A stretch of DNA of 64,000 nt, from NCBI GenBank assembly GCA_965649765.1, contig OZ287753.1, positions 65,100,001 to 65,164,000 on the forward strand. Reading direction: 5' to 3'. How positions within the stretch are numbered: the first letter of the stretch is position 1; each line of letters starts with the position of its first letter. Source of the DNA: Bispira polyomma. Taxonomy: Eukaryota. Positions 12,850 to 27,205 of the stretch are shown in pieces. Made by a program: the position numbers and the translations under genes. The notes under the pieces are model-generated. The model was not told where the DNA came from, made no database searches, and worked only from the letters and a program-made list of their open reading frames with translations.

Positions 12850-13100
12850 AACTTTAAATTATGTGAAATTTTATTTGGTATACCTGTGAACAATGACTCA
12901 AATTTGCTGATAATTATTTTGTTATTATTGCGTGGAAAATAGTATTTGAATAATAGCAAGAGTAAGAATAACCCTATATTCTAGTCTGTTTTTTTTAATT
13001 GAACTAAAAGGCAGAACTGAAGCTCTATACAACTTCTACAAATTTAAAGGCGTGAATATCAAATTAGTGGAAACCTTAAGCCACATTTTTAGTTTATTGC
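12850..13100 (+). mobile_element. L1/Tx1-like LINE ORF2 3' remnant
   Basis: Reads LCEILFGIPVNND..LLIIILLLLRGK*YL, resembling the ORF2 C-terminus; degenerate. Confidence 0.4.
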
Positions 13101-14004
13101 AAGATTCAAACCATTCCTTTCCTTCCTTTTCTTATATATATATATATGAAGGAAAGCAATAAAAAAAGCCTACAATGCCACTAAATAAAGGGAAGGATGC
13201 GTTAGATCCTTAGTATGAACCACCCTGATGAATTCATCAGTCTTTCCCATGCATATGATATACATGTAGTATTATTTGGTGGTTTGTGTTTAAAGTTATT
13301 AAAGTATCTGGATCCAGTTAGGTCACTTTAAAGCATGCCACATCACATGTATTTTGTATTTACAATATTGTCCATTTATATAAGTGTGGTCAAAATATTA
13401 GTTTACACATATTATATACAAATTGAACACTCTTATTTGTTTTACATTTAAAATTGAATAATTATAAAACTGTAAAAATTAAATATAATTTTAAATTACC
13501 ATTTTATTAAATAAAGACTAAAGGTTATAAAGTACTAGCTTGTAGAACTTTCTTTTGATATTATTGTAACCAGTTAACTGTGGCTTCTATAGCATCCAAA
13601 TATCATCAAAGACTCAATTACATGTCTGTACATGCCACACTAGCTTTGACGGTAATATGATAATTAGATGAAGAGAACCTTTCACAAACCCTTCTTTTGA
13701 TGTACCTAAAACTGTAAAATGTGGTTTCTGTGTAAGGTAAATCTCATGGAAGACCTAAAATTGCCTGTATTGGATGCTGGTCATCCAATTATATGTGATA
13801 CTTGTGGCTTCTTAACTTTAAATACAATTACATGTGTTGAGGTGGTTTCTCAGTTTGAGAAATCCATTGGGCCAGATTAAGAAGATTCAAAATAATCACC
13901 CATTGAATTTGTAGTTAGCCATTAATTGTAATTATCACATACTGTTGTATATAAATAAAAACTGCTTGCCTGCTATTAATTCATTCAGGATTTGTACATG
14001 TACA

Positions 14005-14658
14005 AAATGGCTGATTTAGTTGAACAAGCAAGATTTATACACTAAATTTCAGCAAACTAAAAAAAAAAATTTATTCCAAAAGATGAATATTTTCAAATGA
14101 TTGAAGAGATAAAAAAGGCTGATTAAAAAAGAGCAGACATATTTACTCACTATTACCAACCACTTATACATGTTCATATTTTCTGTAATATTGTAATTAA
14201 TTAATTAGTGTCATTTACTACATAAAATATACCACATGACATGTAATATACGAGAAAATGTCATTTATTTGAGCAAATCTATTTCCAAAGTCACTTTCAG
14301 GTGTAAATATATATTTTGAAGGCTACTTGTAACATATTGGTGTAATAAATTAGATGATATGTATAACATACATAGTAACATACATAGATAGACAACATAG
14401 TATATATGTACATGTATATGTAATGTGTCTAAGTAAATTTAATAACTTTAATAACTTGTAAAATTACCACTACCACATAATTATACATCATATGGATGAA
14501 AAAGACTTACTGTAGCTAGTTAATGATCACTTGAAGAATAATAAGACAATTTCAGTAAATACGTGAACTTACTAGACCCAGAAACCAGTAAGTACGCGTA
14601 TTTACTGAAATTTTTAGGGATTACGTTTACTTACTGATTTCACATATTTACTGTAACA
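14005..14658 (+). mobile_element. Possible Ginger-type transposon remnant
   Basis: A FIPKDEYFQMIEEIKKA fragment resembles the N-terminus of KRBA2/Ginger-like integrases. The right end has repeated CAGTAAATA/TATTTACTG motifs ending ..ACTGTAACA (TGT-type TIR). Confidence 0.4.
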
Positions 14659-15662
14659 TATATAAAATGCATGGGAAATGACCTTCCAAACAACTCCAGT
14701 TTATGGACTATATATTTAGTCATTCTTTTGTGAACACTTTAAAGGCCATTTAAGCACACCTCCCTGGGAGATTTCAAATACACTCACTAGACCACAAGGC
14801 CATTTTGAATACACTTGCCAGTGTTTGTAGCAATCTCACAGTGTGCAGTATGAATGGCATGCATACCAATTTGGCAGTCTTGAATCAGGAAAACAACGCA
14901 ATCACGTTCATGTTTGAATACCTTTCAGTCATCACTTCAAATATCAAAAGAGTCATCCTTTCGGGTTTTTGCAAAACAAGACCAGAGAGTGCAGTCCTGT
15001 CAAGTATGTTACTTGGGTCTCTTGTTGGCCTAATTATCACTAGGGTATTTCAAGCAGAACTAGTTTAAATTCTAAATTGTATACCTAAACAGAAAATCGG
15101 TTACTTTATCATATATTAGGAATGAAGGGATATATTTATTTTAACTAGATTCTATCTCTATATATTCTGATTTTGATTTACAACATTTTGCTTATTGTAG
15201 CCGCTCTGTCGCCAATCGGCTATACATAAGTTTAAAAAACCGTCATTGGTGGCACAATACTCCTTCTAGTCACTGTAATAATAAATTACTAAACGAATAG
15301 AAAATTAAAGTGAATCCCATTAATATATGGTTTATTAGTTCACCCCTTAAAACTGACAACATATTAATTTGAAACGCCTTGATTTTGCCTATAGAAACAG
15401 AGAACATAAAATCTGATATTAGCAAATCTAGACCCACTGGATATATCAAAAAACACCATGGAAAAAAACTTTGTCAGAATAACAATGATCCTGGTACAAT
15501 TCTGTATGTGCTTTGGTTTGTCACTATATTACAACAGTACAGTTACATTCCCTTTTTAAGTGGCACCTCATGGGACCAGGAAAAACACCTATATTGCTGA
15601 AATAGGATTTCCAGTTATCATGGTACACATACGATTTAAAAGCCCCAACCATACTGCGGTTA

Positions 15663-16646
<984 letters not shown>

Positions 16647-17686
16647 TTACAAGCTGCTGAAGCCCATTGACAATGTAATTATACTATAGCCTAGAATATT
16701 CAAGACTGTATGCGACCAAATACCTAGGTCCAAATAATTTTTGTGCCAGTCACACAGAAATTCCGGTTGCCAATTATCGTACGGCCAAACTTAAGATTTT
16801 CCTAAGACTAATCTCGGAATATGAACAACCAGTTCAGATTTATAAGGATTGATCGTATGAATGACCCTGTTCCAGTGTCAAGATAGATCTGGAGCAGCTC
16901 CAATTTTAAGGATCCTGATGGCACCCTGCTGAATCCACTGGACCACCTGCCGTGATAGGGAGATTATGATCCGGGACAGGAAATACTTAAAATATTTTAA
17001 AATCTCCCCAATAACCCGTCGACCTCCATCAAAGACATTATGTTTTCGCCGTTGGTTTTGTTTGAGTACTTGTTATTATTTCTTAAATGGTAATTATATC
17101 TTAGTGATTTGTATGCACATCTATTATGACTAATTATTATTATTTCTTAAATGGTAACTCTGTTTGTGATTTGTATGCACATATAACTAATCTATGTGGT
17201 ATACATTGTAAAATCAGTGTTCATATTTGTTTGCAAGTATATGTAAATATTTGTTAACTGTATATAGAGTGCCTCATGAGCCCAACTATTAGTTTGTAAT
17301 TTATGTATATATTAACACTGTAATTACAGGTGACACATAACCTACTAAAAGGTACTAGAGTGGACGTTAAATATCCAAATTCAAATACAGGTGACACCAT
17401 AATAAATTACTGTTACATTAGGTCTATATTTCTGTCTGTATCCAATAAAAACATGGTCTATGGACCAACTAAGGTTGAATTCATTTATTTGAAGCCATGA
17501 ACTACTACTACATTGTGTATGTAAACAGATATATAATCTTACTGGGTGCATTGTGACTGTATTTCTACAAACATGAAATCTATTCATTCAGCTGCCTCAT
17601 TATGTCCTCCAAAATCATGGAAGAGGAAATAAAGGAACTTGTTGCTAGTCCAAAACCCATCTTTTAGATGAAAAATAACTCACAGC

Positions 17687-18018
17687 TACGGAAGTCTATA
17701 AGAGTCAGTGAAACAAAATAACACTATGTCGTAATTATGGCTTACTATGTTGTAATTGCGACTTAGCTTACATTTTTAAAAAAAATTTTAATGACCCTAA
17801 TAGACTTCCCTACTTTGTTGAAATTAGGAGATAGCGCTATCTTGAAATTACGAGACATGGCTATGTTTAAATTACAAGTTAGCACTATCTTGTAATTACG
17901 AGATAGCATTATGTTGAAATTACAAGATAGTATTATGTTGAAATTACGAGATAGCACTATCTTGTAATGAAATTACGAGATAATATTTATTTTTGTATGA
18001 CCTGTATAGGCTTCCGTA
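17687..18018. mobile_element. Foldback MITE with internal 24-bp palindromic tandem repeats
   Basis: Ends TACGGAAGTCTATA / TATAGGCTTCCGTA. Unit AGCACTATCTTGTAATTACGAGAT repeated about 7 times. Confidence 0.65.
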
Positions 18019-18319
18019 CACAAACACAGTGGTGGAGAAGGAAGGGGCCCATTGTATGAGGTCGTGGCTATTGATAAGGCCTGAATACAAAATATAACTT
18101 TATTTATATAAATTATATATATCCACAGAAAATTGTACATATATATTGTTATATGTATATAAATTTACAGAAACCAGAAAAGAAGCACATATAAAAGAAA
18201 AAAGAATTTTCAATATATATGTGTATAGAGAAAATACACAATTTTCAGCCATATCAAAAAGTGAAGATATAGTTCGTCTATGTATTTGTTAAATGAATAA
18301 TGTTAATGTTTTTACTTCT

Positions 18320-18880
18320 ATAGCGCCACAATCAATGACCAGGCATCCCCTGTGGTGCATATCCCAATAAGTGTGCAAGAGGATAGTCCGATAGATAGAA
18401 AAAGGTTCGTGATAAGAGTTCAGTCTTGACCAGCAGACGAATGCTAAGCCGGGAAAGCGAGCTGATACAGATGTGTTTTTAGCTTTTTTCTGAAGCCTGT
18501 TATGCTTGTCTTAGTACGAAGACTAGTAAGGAAACTATTTCACTCAGCAGGTGCTGCAACTAAGTATTTTTGGGTAGGAAAACTGGAGGTGAAGAGACGA
18601 TTACCTCTGGTGATATTGCTGAGAGACAGCATAGATGATAAGTAGGCAGGTTTTTGTACATGGACTTTCTTTAAAATGAAGACAATTACCTTAAATTTAA
18701 TACAGAACTCAATTGGCAGCCAGTGTAATTGTTTAAGCAGAGGTGTTGTGTGAGAGCGAGGACCAGCATGACATACAATTCTGCATAGGTTATTTTGAAT
18801 TTTCTGTAGCTTTTTCTGTGGGTTATTTTGAATTTTCTGTAGCTTGAATAGCTGAGCAAGTCTGAGCAGGTAATTTACCT
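18320..18880 (-). mobile_element. CR1/L2-type LINE 3' fragment
   Basis: Minus strand reads KLQKIQNNLCRIV..HTTPLLKQLHWLPIEFCIKFK; degenerate. Confidence 0.7.
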
Positions 18881-20042
18881 GTAACCAATTACAGTAGAAC
18901 CTCTATTATCCGAACATGCTGGATACCAACATTTTGGTTAGATAGTAATAGCAGGTCATTTTAGTATAAACCAATAGGAATTTTTAAATTTGAACTAAAG
19001 GGGAGGAGCAAGTTTGACGAGATAGGTTTTAAGCTTTTCCCTTAACCCTGAAAAAGATTTTGAGTGATCTAATTTCAACTGGGAGACTGTTTCACAGCAT
19101 AGTGGCAGCTAAAGAGAAAGCTCTAACAGAAAATCTCTTTCCCCCTCTTAAGGTTGCTGATACACAAGTAATTCCAGGTTGTAGCTACAAACTGTGTATA
19201 AGGGTTATTAAACAATCCAGCCTACTGACGTCACATTCCCCAAACCTAGTATTTCCCTTTCCACCCAGAACATCAAGCAGGTATAGCCTATAGCTAGATT
19301 TTCCTTATCCAAATAAAAAAGAAAGTACCCATCCAAGGCATTTTCTTTTCTTGAATTTCCCACTAGCTTTCCAAAATGTTATGACTGGAGACATTTAAAG
19401 AAGTAGTTAAATGTATGTGAACATTATGGAAAGTTTCCAGGACGCTTAGGTGGCAGATTACTAGAAACACATCTATTTCCACCTGTATAGTTATGTTTGC
19501 TGTTGAATGAAGTCAGGAAGCTCACTCGTGAACAAACACTTAGTCCTAAATGATGGAAGAAAAAGACTCAATAAAAGGGGAAATGGTTAAGTAAATGTGA
19601 TGTTCTCTTTTCTTAATCTCTGACAAACTGAAGTGGCTAACCTTTCCTGGCGTATTTGTCAATTTGGTTTGCTGGGATCAGTATACTATATTTAAGTGGA
19701 AATTTTCATTATGAATAAATTTAAAAGATTTAAGTTTCTATCTATTTTAGTAAAAATTAATTCAGTAAAGTTTTCTAAAAAAGACAAATCAGTGAAATTA
19801 GATAAAATTTCCGCTTATGTGTAGTAATTAAACAAATTTGAGCATAACAAAATATTGCTTCAATTGAATCAGTTAAAGAAACTCGAGATGTGTTCTATAC
19901 TGTGGTAGTTAGACCGAGTATTCTGTCTTCACCGATACTTTAATTTATTGATGGTAGCTCGTCAAGGGACAGAACGGCCTCCGTAAGCAAAACGTAAATC
20001 AAAATCGGCATATATAGAGACAGAATCTGTGAAAAATAATTA

Positions 20043-20195
20043 CCAAGGTTCTGCAGAGAAACCAGCGGCCCACAGTAAGGAACTACCACCTTTCCCACAT
20101 AGGCATCGACGGGATTCAAACTCACGCCGCCCAGAGATGAGAGACCAGTGATTGTGAAGTGCAATGCTTGCTAACCACTAGGCCACCGCGGCCCC
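20043..20195 (-). mobile_element. SINE family 1, 5' part, inverted
   Basis: Reverse complement of the 10842 SINE head. Confidence 0.85.
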
Positions 20196-20405
20196 TCACA
20201 ATCACTGGTCTCTCATCTCTGGGCGGCATGAGTTCGAATCCCGTCAATGTGGGAAAGGTGGTAGTTCCTTACTGTGGGCCGCTGGTTTCAGTGCAGAACC
20301 TTGATCAACTGTATGCAGTGTTTCCTCCAGCGTTTCTAACTACCTGTCCCAATATAACCTAAACAGTTACTAGAGTGGATGTTAAATATCCAAACTCAAA
20401 TTCAA
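20196..20405 (+). mobile_element. SINE family 1, lacking the first ~38 nt, abutting the inverted copy
   Basis: Matches 10880-11050 and continues into a 3' tail. Confidence 0.85.
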
Positions 20406-20964
20406 AAACTACACCACCCGAGGCTGATGCCTATATAGTAGTCGGGGTTGGGTGCCGGCATGCATGTTGGCAAGTTGGCAGTAGACTTGTAACAGACCAG
20501 TGGTTTGTGGGTCTGTAATCTTGACCAACTGCCCTGAAATTCCTTCCTGCTCCCGTCCCGATATAAAGTCCACAGTTGTTGAAAGCGACATTAGAGTACG
20601 TCTCCACAAAGTACCAACTGGCGATGTACAATATCGAACCATTTGCGATACAAACTTGTGGTTTCTGTTTCCCCACAAGTGCAATTTAAAACACATACAC
20701 ATTTATATATTTACAATTTGGGCGCAAACATTTAATATGGATTAAATATTGTCATGATATCAATTCCATGCGATTTTTTTTCTCTGCGATGACAAAGTTT
20801 CCGCTCCCAGGGCGAGAACCTTCATGGCAAATAGAACAGTGGGTTTGTGTGTATGGAGACAGTTTTATATCATTTATAAATACAAAACAAATCGCAATTG
20901 CAAATCGTACATAGTACGTGCAAATGGTACTTGTAGACATGTTGACCTAAACCCTAAAGTTGTC

Positions 20965-21310
20965 TCTGTGGCTTAGCGGTTAGAGTATCAGACTTTTGAT
21001 CTGAGTGATCTCAGAGCCCTGGTTCGATCCTCGCTGCAGACCTGGAGATTGTACCCTAGGACAAGGTGCTTTACACAAAGTTGTCCCTCTCTACCCAGGT
21101 TCCCCGGCCGTTAATGGTTGCTATAGTCTTTGTGCCCCGTATATAGCAGCACGGCTAGTATGCTTCCTGAGGGAGCTGAGGCTAAATGATTGGTTGAAGT
21201 GGAAGAATCCAGGAGGGGTGGGGGGGGGGGGGATGTGAACTGTAAAGTCAGTTAAAATCTCAATAGAAGTGATATCAGATTATAAACCTATACAGATTTA
21301 CATTTTCATT
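20965..21310 (+). mobile_element. tRNA-derived SINE (family 2, CORE-like body); further copies at ~23000-23295 and ~34340-34615
   Basis: A box TGGCTTAGCGGTTAG and B box GGTTCGATCC. Shared body TTGTACC.T.GGACAAGGTGCT.TACACAAAGTTGT.CCTCTCT..CC and a TACATTT-type tail. Confidence 0.8.
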
Positions 21311-22199
21311 TAAATATTACATCAATCCAGCCTCTGACAGAGAAAGGCTAACACTTTGTAGTAATTGTTTTCACAATCAAGAGCCCTGTAATTATTCAGT
21401 GTTTTGTGGTGTAGCCTGTGGTAAAAAAAAAAACCCACAAGAAGTAGTGCATACTAAACCATGACCAGTCTTATCTTGTGTTTTCGTTTCAATAACTGGG
21501 ACAGCAATCCTCTGGTAGACAGATTTATAGGAGTTGTGATAATTCCTAAAAGTTCCAGGTCTCCACTTTGTGATAATTTTTCTTGGTCTCTTGTGCACAG
21601 TATTTTTAGAGTTAGTAGGATGGGGGCTGTATCTTTTATGCATTTCCCTAAAACATCTGCTACACGTCAAATTGAGATGAAATTTATTATTTTGATAAAG
21701 TTTTGGCAAACAAAAGTTAAAACCGAAAGTAACAACTATGGATTCCTCGTTCATTCTGAATCAGTGAATTGATAGATGTTTCAGTAAAATTGTAAGTTTA
21801 AGAAAACCCTAAAAGAAGAAACATTTGAGAAAGTATTTGAGATTTAGGTATCTTTTTTCACAAGATTAAGGGAATGGTAGAAGTGTTTTAGTGATTTATC
21901 GGTGTGTTGTTTTAGAAGTTTCAAGTACTAAGAGATGAACTTGTCTGTTTCCATTAATTAATTACTTCAATTTAGTGACATAGGGATCGTGTCAACGTTT
22001 TACCACAAGTTTTCGCAACTTCTGAGAACATTTTTGTTTTAAAAGGTTCAACTTATAAAAGTTTTTCATGTTGTCAGTATGCTTTACCAAAAACATGAAA
22101 TACCTAAAAAAACATGACAAAAAAAAATTGTTTTTGGATGATTTCGAGGTTAGGTCAATAATATCCAGCTAAATATAATCAAATAATTATTACTCACTA

Positions 22200-22705
22200 T
22201 AATTAAAATAATTGTAATTGTAATTAGACTTTTATTGCGCTTAATCTCCCCTTAAGAAAGGGGACTCTAAGGCGCAACAGCACAAAAGACAGTAATCCAA
22301 TTTCCAAAATCAAGGGACAGAAAAATGTCAGCACCACAGAGCGCGCAGGGGGATGTTTGAGACTAAGGTGGGTATGCTTTAGTGTACAAGTGGGTTTTAA
22401 GCTGCTTTCTAAAACAGGCTAGTGAGGGGAAGCACGAATCACATCAGGAAGAGCATTCCAAACAATAGGAGCATCAAATGCAAAGCTGTGACCAAACTGT
22501 TTACTGACTTTTGAGTAGATGGGTGGAACTTCAGAACATCAAGGAAATAACTACCACTCTGACTACGTCTGGTATTATAGGAACTACTGTAAGTGGAAAG
22601 ATATGGGGCAAAATACTTTGGAAACCCAGTGTGAAGAAACTTATAAACAAGTGTAGCTGTCTTAAACACTGAACGCTGTTCAACAGGGAGCCAATGCAAT
22701 TTCTC
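22200..22705 (-). mobile_element. CR1/L2-type LINE 3' end
   Basis: LHWLPVEQRSVFKTATLVYKFL..FAFDAP; homologous to the 3' end of 31925-33633, with an (AATTGT)n tail. Confidence 0.8.
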
Positions 22706-25007
22706 ATGCGTGTTGGGTGCTAGTCACATTGATTCCATTCCGAATTAGGGACCGCACTGGCGAAGTGGTTAGAAATTCTGGCTAATAATCATTTGTCTCT
22801 CATCAATGTGTGGTTTCGAATTTGATGCCTTCCTTTCATGTGGGAAAGTTTGTCAGCTAAAACACAATTAAACTCAAATTTGATTCAATATTAAACATAT
22901 TTTCTACTTGTGGCCAATTGAGGTGACATGTGTCAGATTTGCCTTTCCTCTCCCTAAATAGCTAGAAATACAGCAAGTTATGGCAAGAAAGCGTTTCATT
23001 TAGAGCCCCTGTTCGGTCCTCGCTGCAGACTTGCAGATTGTACTCTTGGACAAGGTGCTCTACACAAAGTTGTACCTCTCTGCCCAGGTATATAATTTTG
23101 AACCTGAGCAATAATGGGTGTTAATCATTGCGCGCCGCATGTGGCAGCATGGCTAGTATGCTTCCTGAGAGAGCTGAGACTGAACAACTGGTTGATAATT
23201 GGAAGAACCCAGGCTGGGAATGTAAACTGGCCAAGACATCAAAAGAGGTGATATCAGACTATAAACCTACACACATTTAACATTTACATTTAAATGGGCC
23301 ATGCATCTCTTTTTTGTGTCCTATCTACAGTGGCAGGTGCAAGAACTTTGGGGATGTTAATAAATGGTAATTGTCAAGCCGCCATCTCTTCAATGGTGTA
23401 ATTGGTACAAATGCTTTGTAGTAACTAACTCAGTATGAGACATGGGGTATTCATACTTGAAAGCATTCAAATATATTTTGTATATTTTATATATTCATAA
23501 ACAAATACAAGTGTGACAGTTTCTAATGTTTATGTTATGTTAATGTTTTTACTTCTCCAGAGCCAGGCATCCACTGTAGCTCACAAGCAAAAGAATAGTC
23601 CGATCGGAGAAAAAGGTTAGTGATGAAGGCGTGTAGAAACAGGTGGTTTTTCTAGAGTTGTGCAGAGTTCAGTGTTTACCGATCCCCCAGACAAACATAA
23701 ATTATAATAAACAAATGGGCTTGTGGTGGCCCAGTTGTTAGAGGCGCTTGCTAATAGTCGCTGGTCTCCAACTGATGTGGGTTTTAATCCTGTTTGTGGC
23801 CTGCACGTAGGAACGTTTGTCAGGTACTTGCCATAGATTGGTGGTTTACAGTACTTCAGCACTGGTTTCTGCCACCATTAAATTTGGCTGTCATGATATG
23901 ACCTAAGCTGTTAAAAGTGACACAAAACCCAACACAATTTAAATTATTCAGGCAACTTGATTTGGTTGTGACTGATAATGATTCATGGCAGGCCACTGAT
24001 AACATTAATAACCCAACAAGCTCGCATCATTGTATATATTCAAACATGGGGGTAGAATCTGTTATGTCCAAAGAGAGTTAACAATTTGACCAAGACAAGC
24101 TTGCCATTCCATAACATTACCAACTATCTGTTCTGTAAGTGTTGTTTATGCATTACTGTCGCTTTTAATGCAGCGTTATTGGGAGGAACCTTGGTAGTGT
24201 AGCCGTAACACTCGCCTCCTACCTCACCAGTCATGGTTTTCTAGTCTCATTCCAGGGTGTGTATGTGGGAAAGCTGGCAGTAGACATGCTGAATGTAGGT
24301 GGTATTGCACAGAGCAGAAAACTGTAACCAACTACGCTACTCTGATTACCTCAACCAATAAACTGGCGGTCCAGTCTTGGCTGAAACGTGATGTTTTGGA
24401 CATAAGGTGTATTGAAACTACAACCTAAAACTAAACAATCTGTTGGGACCTTATGATACGACCCCTCGGAAAAAAACTAGCTGGGCCATATCTTTCTGTT
24501 ATTATGTTACACTAAATGGAATGAGATAACCCATGTTTTACTACAGCCAAGAATGTGTTATGATAACCCCCTTCACGGTCCACTGCATTCAATAGCCATT
24601 GTACTTTAAAAGTGGCCATCTGTAAACCAAACAATTCAGTGGACATTTGTTGCTGTTGTGTGTGGGGCAAAAGTTTGCTGAGTACACACCTATATTAATA
24701 AACTCCACCACAGCAAAGGGCTGTTGGTTGTGAATGATAGGAAAATATCTACTATAAACTATATATACTCAATGGTCAGAGGTGTTGTAAAAGTATCACT
24801 CAATCAGAACATTATTTAATAACTGAAGCAATAAAAAGTAACCTTGTTTTGTGTTTATGAACTCTAAAACACGTTTGGTATTTGGCAGAAAATTGGCAAT
24901 TAGTAATTTGTTAATAGTACTTACTAAATTACTGTTGATTACACTTTATGGCCAAGAGTGCATAAAATAATTGTTTTGTCTAGATCTAAAAAAAAGTGGA
25001 TCTAAAC

Positions 25008-27205
25008 ATGGATATGGATAGCCAGGATCAACAACATTTCACTGACCAAAGCAGCAATTACTTTTATAACTTGTACAACAACATCCAGGCAATCAATGGA
25101 TCTTACATATACGACGACAATATGAGCAGGGACGGTCTTTACCAACTACAAGAGGCCGCTATAAATGCCCTGTCACAACTAACCGATGACTCTTTTGTTC
25201 CAGAAGAATTGTCCAGAGGGTCTAAAGCGGCACTGGCCTTATTATATGTCATTGTTATACTACTTGCAGTGTTTGGAAACACCGTGGTGATTTTAGTGAT
25301 CTCCAGCACTGACAAACTCCAGACGGTGACCAACCACTTTCTGCTGTCTCTGGCCGGAAGTGACGTCTGTATGGCCGTTGTCAATATGCCGATGACACTG
25401 GTGTTTTACCTGGAGAGTGAGTGGATTCTGGGAGAATTTCTCTGCAAGTTCAGCCAATATTTACAGGGAGTGTTTGTGACAGTCAACATCTTAACTCTTA
25501 CAGCTATTGCCATTGACAGGTGGGTACTAAAATACATATGGTATTTGTTTTAAATAGGGCTTTTAGAATTTAAATTTTGTAGAGTTTTACGTCGCTTTTC
25601 AACAGCTTAGGTCACATCACGATAGCTGGATACAATGGTATAAGAAACCAGTGCATTGGTGAGAGGCCAGTGATTGTGAAGCAGGTGCTTCTAACCTCAA
25701 CGGGTTTGTCAGTTTAACAATATGAGTTTCTGTAATGTCAGAAAACAAAACGGATACTAGCAGGGCCCTATGCAGTATTGTGCACTCACACTAACAATAG
25801 AAATTAGGTTCCTTTTTTTCCAGAAATTTATGGTGAAGTTATTCTACAACTGCCTTAGTTTGACTAAGTTTATGGTGAGTGTGCACAATGGTCTAGTTTG
25901 TGACTATTGACTGAATAGATCCATACATTATTAGTTTACTTACTAAATAGAGTAACAGATCATCGAATTTAAGTCACCATTTTACCATTAACATTGTGAT
26001 GTTATCACTTACTATTTCTTTCACACTTAGATTTTTATCTTCATTGTAATAGCAGATTCTAAGGCATGACAATCCAACTACAACCAATCCAACTACAACC
26101 AATTTTGGTATCGCCACTGGGTAGAATATCATATTGTATATTTATAGTTTATATATTTGGGTTGTTCTTTTTGTTGACTATAGAACAACATAACAGTGTA
26201 TATTGAAAGACGATTTGTGGTAACGTTGAGTATCTGGGAGGATGTAGCCTAGCGATTGTGATATATAATGATCAATATAACAGAAGATATTTATTATAAC
26301 TATTGACTAAAACAAAGGTGTTCTTCTGTTGATTAAAAAGAAGAAACACACACTTATATTAAAGAATTGCTTCACCAGAATAAATGTATTATAGTATAAT
26401 TCTATATATATAATTTAGATAACAATATGGGCCTGAAACCTATAATTAATAAATAACTGCAATTTTGTCTGTACATTTCAGATACTATGCCATACTGTAC
26501 CCACTGAGAGTCAGGCATATCCACACCAGAACCAGGTCAGTGGTTGTTATAACAGTGATCTGGGTCCTGTCTCTGTTGGCCATATCTCCACAGGTGGCCA
26601 TTCAGACAACAGGCACACTCCTTACCATCGATCTGACCAATGAAGAAGTAATCACACGTCCGGTCACAGTGTGTGCTGAGTACTTTACTAGCTTTTCTTC
26701 CCAAGCAGTTTACACAGTCGGCTGTTTTGTCTTGCTCTTCCTGGCACCAGTTCTCATCATGTTTGCAACCTATGGCGCCATAGCCAACCATCTTTGGAAG
26801 CGCCAGCCAATAGGAGAGCTCCCTGCCAAAGCACGTTACCAAGAACGTCACCACATTGAAACCCGATCAATAATGCGCATGATTTTCGCCATTGTGTTTG
26901 TGTTCTTACTGTCCTGGTTGCCGTACTTTTTCTGTCAGATGTACTTTCTGTTTCACGGCCAGAATCAGACGTCCTTCGAAGTGTTTGCAATCCTCCAGTT
27001 CATTGCCTACACGAATACCTGCGTGAATCCAGTCATTTACTGCTTCCTCAATCAGAAATTCAGGGACTGTACAAAAAAGTTGTTATTAAGTCCCAGAGAT
27101 ACCACCAGTAAGTTGATGTGTGGTAGTGAAATGAGGCGTCGGCTGAGTATTATGAGTACCAGAGTCATGGTGTACTCGGATCAGTCTTCTGATGACAAGT
27201 ACTGA
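25008..27205 (+). CDS. Class A (rhodopsin-like) neuropeptide GPCR, ~411 aa; exons 25008-25519 and 26482-27205
   Basis: TM1 GN, TM2 LAGSD, W.LGEFLCK, TM6 SWLPY and TM7 NPVIY are present. DRY forms across the phase-2 intron (GAC AG|gtggg..tttcag|A TAC). The spliced frame is intact (1236 nt). Confidence 0.93.
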
